A DNA stretch of 64,000 nucleotides from Sphyrna mokarran (taxonomy: Eukaryota), in the NCBI GenBank assembly GCA_024679065.1, contig JAGIQG010000025.1:17794001-17858000 (forward strand), read 5' to 3'. Below the pieces are notes generated by a model. The model was not told the origin of the DNA and did not search any database. It was given only the letters and a program-made list of their open reading frames with translations. Position numbers and translations under genes: made by a program. Every line of letters starts with the position of its first letter. Position 1 is the stretch's first letter. Below, piece after piece: positions 25,732-37,278 of the stretch.

Positions 25732-26022
25732 GTGACACGGTGGTACAGTGGATAACACCACTCCCACAGCGCAGGGACCAAGGTTCAATTCCTAGCTTGG
25801 GTGATCGTGCAGAGTCTGCACGTTCTCCCCACGGCTGGGCGCTCTGGTTTCCTCCCACAGTCCGAAAGACGTGCTGGTTAGGTGCACTGGCCATGCTAAA
25901 TTCTCCCTCCGTATACCCAACGGACGCCAGAATGTGGCAACTAGAGGACTGTCACAGTAACTTCTTTGCAGTGTTAATGTAAGCCTACTTGTGACACAAA
26001 TAAATAAACTTTAAAACTTAAA
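25732..26022 (+). mobile_element. HE1-like V-SINE, tail type B
   Basis: Head ggtggtacagtgg...ggttcaattcc, V domain, tail ...gtgttaatgtaagcctacttgtgacacaaataaataaactttaaa. Confidence 0.92.
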
Positions 26023-26514
26023 ATTACTGTACCATCAAAATGCTTCCTCTTTTTGAAAGGCTTACATTTTACCTGTATTCCCAAAATATAAATTTTTCAT
26101 AAAGTAGTAAATTAGAGAGCAGCAGACCAATTGGTCATGCAAAAGCCCTTAGCTCAGCAGAACTACAGTACAGAAGAGAGTATGATTTGAATGACAATGG
26201 GAAAATGGATACTGAAGCAACAACCAAGACTCACTGTGAAGCAATGGGAAGCAGCATTGCAGAGAAGTCCACTTTTATTGCTCGTATCAATTTCAGAAAA
26301 GGAGGCATGGTCTAAAAGGATACTGGCCATATTGGAGACCAACAGGAGCAGAACCTCCCCCGCCGCACCCCTTGCGTCCCCTCCCCCCCACCCCCACCTC
26401 CAGCTGAATGACTCAGAATGCACACAGTGAATATTATACACATCCTAGCTGTACTGAAACACTTTGGAGCACAACTTGTTTTATGTAGATAACCTTTCAA
26501 ATAATTTTGCAACT

Positions 26515-26822
26515 TTTTAAAGTTTAAAATTGATTTATTAGTTCATAAATCAGCTTACATTAACACTGCAATGAAGTCACTGTGAAAATCCCCCAGTTGC
26601 CACACTCCAGCGCTTGTTTGGGTACACTGGGAGAGAACTTATCATGGCCAATTCATTAACCAGTACTTCTTTTGGACTGTGGGAGGAAACCAGAGCACCC
26701 AGAGGAAAACCACGCAGACATGGGGAGAACATGCAGAATCCGCACAGACAGTGACCCAAGCTGAGAATTGAACACGGGTCCTTGGCGCTGAGACGCAGCA
26801 GGGCTAACCACTTTGCCTCCAC
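26515..26822 (-). mobile_element. HE1-like V-SINE, tail type B
   Basis: Reverse complement of the same family as 25732-26022. Confidence 0.92.
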
Positions 26823-26829
26823 ACAGGAG

Positions 26830-27750
26830 CAAACAGTTCATTACTTATGCGTTAGTTGGGACCATCAAGACTGGTGGTTCCCGCACTGAAATCTGTATTC
26901 GCTTGCTGCATATTAATTCAAGTTGCAGGCAGAATACACACGACACGTGCCAGGAGCGTCACAACTTCATTCCATCAGCTAAACATTTCTGGCAGGACAG
27001 TAAAACAAAGGATTACTAATTTATGACGTCTCTTCAAAAGCTGGAAAGTTATAGTTTGCTTAAAGAGGAAAGATTATAGAATCATCTTAATTATGAAGTT
27101 ATAATGTGCTAAAAGAACACATTGTAAGCAATGCCAACAGAAAGTAACAAAATTAAAAAAGGCCAACACATGTTTGAAAACTATTCCTCTCTTGATACAA
27201 AACAGGTCTTCCAATAACAATAGTATCGTAAGCACAACTTGAATCAAGAATGACATCGACCCAAGGTTTCAATATTTTCCACTATGAATGCCAATAAGCA
27301 AATAGTGCACAAACAGGAGAAGTGTCAGAGTAAACATATTTTGTTAATACGTGACACAAGCTGCAACATCTGCAACAACCCAGAACCAAATGAATTTGAC
27401 ACATTCTATTTGAAATCCTGTTCCTGGTTTTGCTGTTGCGAGTGACTGAAGGCTTAATCAAGGAAGCAGGCAATTCATCAATCCCAACAACCCTGCTTCC
27501 GGATGCCTGACAGCACCCACATGTTTTTTTTTCCCCAAGAATAAACCTGCCCACCTGTCAACACCACCAGAGCAACAAACATAAAACATATGATTAACGG
27601 TAAATGTGTTAATTTACAAGTGTAGGCTATTAACAATATCTGCATTGCACCCCCTCCCCGACCTCCTCCCAATTAAAAGTGAAAATGACCACATCACTTA
27701 ATGGAATTAAAAGCACAATGTTCTTTACTGGTTCAGCTTTTCACCAAAAT
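26830..27750. promoter_or_regulatory. Candidate conserved non-coding block
   Basis: Repeat-free, with ggattactaatttatgacgtc, tcttaattatg, ggcttaatcaagg and cctgacagc motifs. Confidence 0.35.
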
Positions 27751-28637
27751 ATCACTCTATTTCTTTCTAAATTTTGTCATCAATGATTTTTAAAAGGATA
27801 GAAACAAATGCTTCAATTGAGCTACGGCAGCTATGCTTCAATCCTTGATAGCACGCACTAACTTGGAATAAAGGCTGGTTCAAAAAAACATCACAATAGC
27901 CAAAACAAATAGCGGTTAGGTGATCCACGACCCTCAGGATTGTTATAGAAATATTGATTTTTTTTTTCCACAAGCGTGGGTAAAACCTCAGTGTGGAAGT
28001 CAAGTTTAATGCTAGCTGGTCTCTGCAATTTGCAAACTGCAGAGCTGGAACAGACGGTCTTCATGCAGCTAGGCCTTGGACAATCTACTTCCCATCAAAA
28101 CCAGACAGGTCTGGAATTGCCTGGCCAGATGCTAACGACTGCACAGTGTCAGGATGAATCATTGTTTACACCTCCAGTGAACCTGCTTTGTTAGAAGAAT
28201 GCCTTGTGGCACCCAGCTCATTAGAAGGCCAGAGGCATAGCATGACCAGGACTGCAGTTGCCAGTTAAAGGTTCAAAACTATGTTTTGTGACATCCAAAA
28301 ATGTAAAGTGGGCATTGGAAGATTGGAAGACAGGAATTGGGTCTTCCTGTCCTGCCTGATGCTAGATTGGACCCAGATCACAGCATCTTCAAGAAAGGCA
28401 TGGAGGGGAAGCTGGGGCAATCTGGAGCCCCAGCTCTCTTGTATGTACTGTGTGTCTCCAGAGAGCATTTTTGATTGGCAGTAGAGCAGCACAGCAACTC
28501 CAGTTCCTTGTATCTCATGGTGAGCATCATCAGACTAACCAAACCCAGAAGACTACCCTGGTGAGACAATCCAAAGACCAAAATCAGCCCTTGACAACAC
28601 GAGAAGCCCAAATTGATGACTATAGACCCTGAAACTT

Positions 28638-28900
28638 TAGGGACCCAGGTACGATTCTCAGCTCGAGTCATTGTCTGTACAGAGTTTGCTCATTCTCCCC
28701 GTGTCTGCATAAATTTCCTCCTGCAGTCCAAAAATAAGGTGCATTGGCCATGCTAAATTGCCCCTCAGTGTCCGAGCACGTATCAGTTAGAGGGATTGGT
28801 AGGTAAATATATGGGATAATGGCGATAGGGCCTGGATGGGATTGTTGTCAGTGCAGACTTGATGGGCTGAATAGTCTCCTTCTGCACTGTAATGTTTCTA
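28638..28900 (+). mobile_element. 5'-truncated HE1 V-SINE, tail A
   Basis: gggacccagg...ggccatgctaaattgcccct...gatgggctgaatagtctccttctgcactgta. Confidence 0.88.
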
Positions 28901-29146
28901 TATTTCAGCCAACCCTATCCCAGCATTATTGAGTGGTTTCGGACAAACAAGTTCAAAAACAGTGATAGGGACCAGTGATAGACTGCAGTGAATCCTCAGA
29001 AGGACTTGTCAGAAGTAGATAGCTGGTGTAGATTTGAGACTGTATTGAAAACTCTTGTGACAAGACTGATAGAGTTTATTGGAATTTAATTTAAGTGCAA
29101 TACTAGAGTCTGATAAATATTGCTTTTCCTTGATAAAGTCTCAACA

Positions 29147-29280
29147 AATCATAGAATTATACAGTTCAGAAAAGGCCCTTTGGCCCATCAGGTCCATGCC
29201 AACATATTACAAACATCTGAACTCCCATCTAATCCCATCTGCCAGCATGTGGCCCAATGTTATGATGTGCCAAGTTGTGT
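29147..29280 (-). mobile_element. CR1/HER1 3' tail fragment
   Basis: aatcatagaattatacagttcagaaaaggccctttggcccatc...ctaatcccatctgccagca; same family as 54026-54200. Confidence 0.75.
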
Positions 29281-30154
29281 TGAACCGTCATCTGATTCTT
29301 GATCTAGGGACTGATTCCCTCGGTCTATCTCACCGTATATTGTGTCCGAGTTAAAGTGAGTTACTGAAAACTGGTCAAAGGTACCCTTTCACTTTACAAC
29401 AATATAACCTGTTAAATAAATACAGTGGCTTTAAAAGTCCACAGATTAGATCAAAATATTGAGTTTTATTTGTTTGCACCTCCATTTTTTAAACCACTCA
29501 ACTGGTAAAGCAATGAAACCTCACGTCAGTCCTGAGCAATCCAAAAGAAAGCCTTGTAATTCAGAGCTAACACAATTGTCAGTTTTAGTAAAAAACTGAA
29601 ACAATTCCTTAGTTTCTTTTCAACTTCATTATTGGGCCATGAGCTGGATATGAAAAACAAACTTCTTTAAAAGAAGAAATGGATACAAAAACAGTCATTT
29701 GCTTCACAGCTGGAGATTTTAAAATAGCGACACAGAGAGCAAGACATTAATAAGGAATGTTCTGAAGATAAGGGAGAGGAGCTGTATTCAATAAAATAAC
29801 ATAATCTTGCCAAGAATCTCCTTAATTTCATATAGGCAAATGTTCCCTAGAAATGGAACAGATAGTATAAAAAAAACTCCCTGAAGCACTTTGAGGTCAA
29901 GTGAATAAGCTATTTTGAAAAGAAAGCAGCTGGATATTATTTGCATTGTATTAATGTGTTCGGATGACTTGATAGCACCTGGCAACTTTGGCCACCTAAT
30001 TATATTGCAGGGTTATTTCTTGTTCAACAAAATTGATCAAACTGTATTAAAAACAGTACTTTCACAAATACATTATGCTAATATGGCATATAATAGCACT
30101 TGACCTGAAAGAGAAATGTTTCAGTGCAGATCCCCCACATACTGGGGCACTCAC

Positions 30155-30252
30155 CTGATATGGCGTATAGGTTGGAGGTCTGGTGTTCAAAGTCAGGTCT
30201 GGTGCCATGCATCTTACCTCGGAAACTAGCAGGAAGTGTCAGGGATATGTGC
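30155..30252 (-). CDS. MVB12B: Internal coding exon of MVB12B (FAM125B, ESCRT-I subunit); equivalent to human exon 7, linker between the MABP and UMA domains
   Basis: Minus strand: acceptor tttttgttttgttccag|GCAC at 30252, donor ATCAG|gtgagt at 30155. The 98 bp translate as (R)HISLTLPASFRGKMHGTRPDFEHQTSNLYAIS(A), matching recalled human MVB12B RHISLTLPATFRGRNSTRTDYEYQHSNLYAISA with one extra codon and compatible splice phases (2 in, 1 out). Confidence 0.95.
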
Positions 30253-30534
30253 CTGGAACAAAACAAAAATCATATTTCCCATCAAAATAGCAGATTTCAA
30301 GCTACAGTTATTCTGGTCAATTTTTTTTTTAAATTGTTGAGTTGACACTTTCTTGATCAACAGAAAATGCTATAAAATCTCAATGGGTCTGACAGCAACC
30401 CTGGTGAGAGAATAGAGCTAATGTTTCGTATCTGGATGACCTTTCGTCACATCTGAAGACAATAGAAAATAGGGTGGTATTTATACTGTTTAACTCTTCG
30501 CCAATTGTCTTCCAGGAATGCCTACTCTAAAGAA

Positions 30535-30727
30535 CAAAAAGTCTCACACCACCAGGTTAAAGTCCAACAAGTTTATTTGGAATCACGAGCTTTGAGCTCC
30601 ACTCATCTGATGAAGGAGCATGATCTGAAAGTTCATGATACCAAATAAACCTGTTGGGCGTCAACCTGTGTTGTGCACTTCTTACTGTACCCACATCAGT
30701 GCAACGCCAGCATCTCCACATCATGGT
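30535..30727 (+). mobile_element. Short palindromic Penelope-derived element nested in the larger PLE
   Basis: Same family as 21287-21482: inverted arms around cat-CTGATGA-aggagcatgatct-GAAA-gttc-atg. Confidence 0.85.
30604..30637 (+). ncRNA. Minimal type I hammerhead ribozyme motif (best preserved copy)
   Basis: Stem I cat/atg, core CUGAUGA, stem II GGAGC/GAUCU (imperfect), GAAA, very short stem III, UUC cleavage triplet. Confidence 0.6.
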
Positions 30728-33451
30728 TACCCTAAGTACTGCTCTTCTCTCTGACAGGATTTCCATTCATCTCTTTCACTCTGTCTACCTTCACTGGCAT
30801 CCATTTTCTTCGTGGTGTTTACTAAAACTTGCTTTCACAGCCATATTTCCTTCCTCACCAACTTTCTTTGTCTCCTACTCCCCCTTTTGGATTCCAACTG
30901 AAATTTCACCTCTCATTTTTCAAATACAATTCAGGATTATTGGTTTCTCCAGGGCATGCAACATTCCTCGGACTGCTATTCTTGGCACATCTGGAGATCG
31001 ACGCACCATATGCGGACACTCAGTATCTATTTCCAACAGGATTAACTCACTATCTCAGCTGTCCTTATCCCCAGTTTCATTTCATGCTTCGTCTTATCCG
31101 ATGCCTGAACAGAAACCTTTTCTCTTCCTTTCAAGTGTTAAGGAACATAAGCGGCAGCAATCATTGATACCAACATCCATCCAGGAATCATGCGCTCTTT
31201 CCAGTCCCTCAGCCCTATCTCTCTTAACCCCAGCCCTTGCTGTGTGCTCAGCATACCCTCTGACCTTTCACTTTGGAGGCTGAATGTGCAGTACTCAAAG
31301 CACTCAGTTTCTTCCCTTACATACTTACCGCAACAAATTTAGGATTCGACAAGATGCTGAGACTCTTCTCCTGCCTTCATCGTCTCCGTAGTTGCTTCTT
31401 TGCCCCCACCATTCAATGGATTCGATCACCCGCTTCCAGTATTCTCCCTCCACCTGGACCCCTCCCTCCAGCCTGACATCAGCCATCTCAATTTCTCTGC
31501 TCCTCTCATCCACTAACATGTCTCCTTCTGAACTTGCTGCACTTTGCTCTGTCATACCCAAGCCTGACTTTGTCATCAAATCCATTGACAAGGGTGGGGC
31601 TGCTGTTGTCTGGCATACACATCTCTTCTTCAGAGGCTGACTGCCAACTCTCAGTCATTTTCTCTTACTTCCCCCTGGACGATGTCCCCAACACTGAAAA
31701 ACCATCATTTCCAGGACTATCACTGACCTCATCTCCCCAAAGATCCTCACTCCTCAGTTTCCAATCTCAGTCTCCCAATTCCAGAAGCCCACTTTTACCT
31801 CCTTACCAAAACCCATGAACAGGACTATCCCAGTAGGCTCATCGTATCAGCCTGTTCCTGCCCTGGTGAACTAATTTCTCTGTATCTTGACTCCATCCTC
31901 TCTCCCCTTAGGTAATCTCTTCCCACCTAAATTTGTGATTCCTCAGATGCCCTACATCATCTCAACAATCCTCACACCCTGCTCCCTATAAAGGCACCAT
32001 CCCATTTTCTCTGTTGCATCTGTTCTGGTGATACCACTTTAGAAAATTGTGCTTCCGACAGGTCTGCCTTTTTCCTTAATCGAAGTTCCTCTCCACCTGT
32101 GGTTCACAAAGCACTCAACCAGATTCTACCCATTTCCTGCACCTCTGCCCTTCCCTCTCAGCATCATGATAGGGCGCTCCTCACACTCATTTTCCACTCT
32201 ACCAGCTACTGCATTCAAAGGATTATCCTCCACTATTTCCACCAACTCCAGAATGCTACTACAATATACGCCTTTTCCTCACCTCCATTAGCATACAGCA
32301 GGACTTTTCCCTCCATGATATCTAGGTCCGCTCCATCATGCCCAACATCTCCCCATCATTTATCACTCCTTATCCCCTTCCCACAGCTCCTTCCCTTGTA
32401 ATCGCAGAAGATGCAAAATAGACCCCTCTATTTCCTCACTATTCAAGGCCCCACGTACTCCTACCAGGTTAAGCAGTATTTCAGTTGTACTTCCTTCAAT
32501 TTGGTCTATTGTATTCACTGCTGCCAATGTGGTCTCTTCTGCTCTATGTAGAATAAACGCAGACTGTATGATTGCATTACTTTGCTCAGTGCACAAGCAT
32601 AATCCCCAAGCTTCCTGTCAGTCACCATTTTAACTCAGCACCTTGCTCTCATGCCCACATGTCCATCCTTTGCCTATTGCAATGTTCCAGTTAAACTCAA
32701 TGCAAGCCAAAGGAACAGAATCTCATCTTCAGATTAGGCACATTACAGCTCTAAGCACTCATTAATGAGTTCAACAACTTTAGACTGAAATCTTTCTCCT
32801 CCATCTTAAACACCTTTTAAAAAAATACCATTTATCACAATGCCTCCCTCACCAATCACTGCAACACACACTTATGCATCCACCCACCACCCAACAAAGC
32901 AGGCCATCTGTCTTCTGTTCTTAAGATTACTACATCTTGTTGCAATCTCTCACAATTGTAGTTTAATATCCAACATATTTCTCCCTCTTTAGTTCTGATT
33001 AAGAGCCAAATGCACTTGAAACAGTAACCTTGTTTTCTCTCCCTACAGATGTTGCCAGGTTTGCTGAGTTTTTTCAAAATTCTTTGTTCTTGTTACTATC
33101 TAAATGAAAACTTGTTCAATTTCTTTTCAAGTTAGAAGCTATAAAAGCTCTGTGTATCAATAACGACCAAGAACGTATCTAACGTCAGTTTTAAATCAAA
33201 AATTACCATGCAAATTTCATACGAAAATATTTGTTTTTGAATATGAAATGACATCAAGTCTCAAGTAAACAAGTACTGCAATCATATTCAGACAACAAAC
33301 ACAATCCATGATAAAAAGCTCTATTTAAAGCTTAGTGAAGGAATTTGTAGAGTTAAGTTTCAAGCGAATTCCTCAGCCTCTCAAAATACAAATATTTTAA
33401 AGACTCAAGTTAAACTCAAGAGATAGAAACAATTGCATAGTGAAGGAAACC

Positions 33452-33733
33452 TTTTAAAGTAAAGTTTATTTATTAGTCACAAGTCAGGCTTACATTAACA
33501 CTGCAATGAAGTTACTGTGAAATTTCCCTTAGTCGCCACATTCTGGCACTTGTTCAGGCCAACACATCTAACCAACACATCTTTCAGACTGTGGGAGGAA
33601 ACTGGGGGACCCAGAGGAAACCCACGCAGACACGGGAGAACGTACAAACTCCGCACAGACAGTGACCCAAACTGGGAATCGAACCCGGATCCTGGCACTG
33701 TGAGGCAGCAGTACTAACCACTGTGCCACCCTG
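33452..33733 (-). mobile_element. HE1-like V-SINE, tail type B
   Basis: Well preserved tRNA head, V domain and type B tail on the minus strand. Confidence 0.93.
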
Positions 33734-33860
33734 TGATAAATATATTGCAGACAGTCTGTGATCTGTTAACTTTGATGTTTCCACTCCATGACAGCTGGAT
33801 TTAAATGAAGTGGTCCAACCTAAGTTCATTTGAAAATTAGTTCAATGTTCTTAAAGCTAA

Positions 33861-34365
33861 TGGCTGGAATTATCTGGCCATTCACGCCAGCAGGATTCTC
33901 CGGCAGCACATTCCGCCCACTAGTTCCACACCAGCATGGGGAGATGTCAACGGGAATTCCCAATGAAAGCGATGAGAATAGAGAATCCTAACACTGTATC
34001 GTTTAGGATTCTCTCCCAAGGCACAATTCACATTTGAGAAAAATGAAATCTATTAACCACTTGCTCAGAAATCATAAGATTTCAAGTAAACATAGTACCA
34101 ATGATTTCACACATTCATCAACGCATTCTCTTCAGGTACCTGTATCTGCACGTATTATACTGCACCCTGCCCTACACCAGTCACATCACTATAAGAGTAG
34201 CAAGAACATCCCCACGGACTTGACTACAAGATACAACATTGCCCTTGTTACATCTTGCTAAATAGTTAGAAAAAAAATAAGAAAATTCTTGATTGATTGC
34301 TTGCATTAATATCGCACCTCCTGCTGGCGAGAAACACGGAGCTGGAAGGCCAGAGAATCTTGCCC
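33861..34365. mobile_element. MITE-like TIR element interrupted by a 336-bp copy of local genomic DNA
   Basis: Termini tggctggaattatctggcc / ggccagagaatcttgccc and subterminal cgccagcagga / tcctgctggcg. Interior 33984-34319 duplicates 35819-36155. Confidence 0.75.
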
Positions 34366-35142
34366 TACGTTTAAAAAAAAACTTGATCTGGCATTACAGA
34401 ATTTAGAAAGCATTTCTTTTTCTGTCTTCAAATATGCAACATCCATAGAACGATGAAACTCGATGCTATTATTCAAAACCCAAGATTCAAGAATCAATGT
34501 AAACCGAGTTTAGGAATCTGTTTAGCTTATGAAAATTAGCAGAAAATGTACATTTCTAACGCAGACACTATGTTTCCCAATTCTTCAAAAGAAAGCACAT
34601 GGACAGTCATTATTTGCAAAGAGAATTTATGAATTTTTGTTAGAATGTAATTCACAAAAAGGATGCCTTGAAATAATCTTCAAAAAGTACAGGATTTTGA
34701 AAAGTAGCAGCTAATTCTTAGGAAAGTTACTTTGTTGTCCCCAGTGATGCGCATTACACTGTATTTTCTCAGGAATGTCTTAAGTTCCCATCATCCCATT
34801 AATTTAAATGTGCATGGTCCAAAACTGAGCACAGGTTAGTTGTGAATTTTAAAAAGCTGGCATCAATCTCACAAGAGCAATTGCTGGTTTTAATGAACAT
34901 TTCCCTTCCATTAATATCTTCGTGAAAGGCTTGTTCCAGTTTTTAAATAGTAAATTGCTCAGAAACCGAAAGCAGACGTGGCTGACAAATGTGATGACTT
35001 TAAACACGTCTCCTTTCATGGGGACTGCAAACCAACACCATTTGGAAACAAAATCCACCCGATAATCCCTTTTGAAAAGTAAGTTCTCTATTAACTTTTA
35101 CGAGCACAAAATGAAACTCTCAGTCTACGAATATTTGAAATG

Positions 35143-35580
35143 AGCTGCTCCTCAGTGGTGGCACTCTTGGTTCTCAAATTAGGAGGTCGTGTGTACAACC
35201 CCACTCCAGAGATTTGGCATGTAATCTAGACTGATGCTTCTGTACGGCCCCAACGTAGAACTGCACTGTTGGAGGTGCCACCTTTTGGATGGGATGTTAA
35301 AACAAGATACTATCTAGTGACTGAGGTTTATGTAAAAAATCCCACAGTATTTCTCATAAAACAGATCTCCTGGCATCTTTGCTAATATTTTTTCCTCAAG
35401 GATCATCAACAAAATAAGTTATCTGGTTATTTATCTGATTATGGTTTTTAGGACCTTGGGTGGAAATACTGGCTGCCATGTTTCATACATTGCAACAATG
35501 ACTACATGGTAAAAATACTTAATTAGCTGTACAGTACTTAGGAATATCCTGTGGTTATGCAAAACACAATATAAAAGCTC
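35143..35580 (+). mobile_element. Deu-domain SINE (SacSINE1-like) with L2-type tail
   Basis: tRNA-like head, Deu core gcactgttggaggtgccaccttttggatgggatgttaaa, tail ggctgccatgtttcatacattgcaacaatgactac...tataaa. Confidence 0.8.
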
Positions 35581-35818
35581 AATATAAATGTCACGTTTCG
35601 CCAAGAAATTTTATATCATTCAAATTTGCAGGGCAGATTTGTGGAGGAGTCACAAACTGTCCTAATTATTTTCAAAAAAGGAACTATGTCACTAATATGG
35701 AAGTTATTTAGAAACCACTAATCCATAAATAGTGTTGCTAAGTTAACATAAAAATCACGTCTACACTTTCTTTCTGGCAATTCTTCACCACAAATTGGTC
35801 TGTTTGTGATCAATTCTT

Positions 35819-36155
35819 AATCCTAACACTGTATAGTTTAAAATTCTCTCCCAAGACAATTCACATTTCAGAAAAATGAAATCTATTAACCACAGTGCTC
35901 AGAAATCAAAAGATTTCAAGTAAACATAGTACCAACGATTTCACACATTCATCAATGCATTCTCTTCAGGTACCTGTATCTGCATGTATTATACTGCGCC
36001 CTGCCCTATACTAGCCACATCACTATAAAAGAGTAGCAAGAACATCCCCATGGACTTGACTACAAGATATAACATTGCCCTTGTTACACCTTGCTAAATA
36101 GTTAGAAAAAAAATAAGAAAATTCTTGATTGATCACTTGCATTAATATCGCACCT
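35819..36155 (+). repeat. Donor copy of a ~336-bp direct duplication (other copy 33984-34319)
   Basis: Near-identical sequence from aatcctaacactgtat to attaatatcgcacct, roughly 90% or more identical by eye. Confidence 0.95.
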
Positions 36156-36214
36156 GATCAAAGCAGTTCTCTTTCTCTCAACTATTCTGAAATAGCGTAG
36201 CTAGATGAGAGAAG

Positions 36215-36545
36215 CAGAACAGCTATTGTGTGTGCAGCAAGATACAATCAATCGCTTCATCTGTTGTCGGGTGGTACTATTTAACACACTGTTTTTGGAG
36301 GATAAATCGACAGTGCCATACTTTAAAGAGTACAAGATCTTCAATGTTCATTGAGACCATCAGAATTGGTAAACGAGGACTCTGTTGGTGGCACTGTTTT
36401 TGGATGAAATGTTGAAACAATGCATCATTCCCTCAGTACAGCAATGGAATGTCACTTAGATTATGAAGTTAAGGCTACCACTTTTGGGCTCAAACCCAAG
36501 TCTCCTGGTCCAGACTCAAAAATGTCATCAACAAAGCCAACCTGC
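36215..36545 (-). mobile_element. Decayed Deu-domain SINE with an internal micro-inversion
   Basis: Minus-strand head and body (ttccctcagtacagcaatggaatgtcacttagattatg...), but 36382-36418 is in plus orientation. Confidence 0.65.
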
Positions 36546-37278
36546 AAAGACTGACTGTTCCGAAAACACTTTGTTGGTTAATTACTAACAAGTACAAATC
36601 CATCATTTTGCAGAGAGCATAATAAGCCTGGAGATGCGATCAGAATTTCCTTAATAAGAGGAATATTAAGACTTTAAATACAGCAATCCCTAATGTGTCC
36701 CTAAATAAAAAGCACGCTAAATGAAAATCATTTATCCATAAGAAAACGTGCAACAAGGATGGATTACATTCCTGTCCTGTAATTTTTATATTACAAACCT
36801 TTTGGCTGTCTCGAATTTAATTGGCATAAGTGTTTGACTAGCGTACTAACTTTTTTCACTTAGCTATGAGCAGTAGGATCGTGAGGATGGAAGCAGCAAG
36901 TGGGAAATGGTGAGCAAGAGCTTCGTTACCCAACTCACTACTTCACTCTCCCAACCCTCCTGTTCACTGTTCCCCTCCTCACACTCAACTAGAGAGAATT
37001 AAATCAAAATCCATAACTTTACATCAGACCTGGCTAGCATCACCAAAGGAGGCCTGCATTTGTATTGCACTACTGTTCGTCATAGTAGCTGCAGACTGCC
37101 AAGTGGAGCACACAACTTCCTCCTGTGGCTACTTTGTCATGTTTAACAAGCTCATGAGCTGAATCTGTTCAATCATAACATAAGGGCTAAAAATTAACAT
37201 TGTAAAGTCATCAAAAGGTCCAGTGGCCCAGTGAGCATCTAAAACTCAGCGCCACATCAAACCGTTCTAGTTCTACAC

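Larger units (their letters stand above)
1..30154 (-). other. MVB12B: MVB12B intron downstream of the exon (human intron 7 equivalent), continues beyond window start
   Basis: Begins with GT at 30154 on the minus strand. The next expected exon (AMDGVPFMISEKF-like) was not found by eye. Plus strand looks A-rich, consistent with a U-rich minus-strand intron. Confidence 0.7.
30340..33095 (+). mobile_element. Decayed, internally deleted Penelope-like element (RT + GIY-YIG) with inverted 5' terminal repeat
   Basis: Frameshifted motifs VIKSIDKGGAAVVW, FYLLxK, GRLIVSACSCP and CTSFNLVYCIHCCQCGL. Terminal repeat at 32990-33095 is present inverted at 30340-30460. Confidence 0.9.

Noticed and set aside
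30060-30120. Acceptor-like catttctctttcag just downstream of the exon
   Set aside because: Would define an intron of only ~52 nt, and all frames stop quickly.
30654-31283. Longest ORF (209 aa)
   Set aside because: Chance frame across a decayed Penelope element and its nested insert; no splice or protein-family signal.
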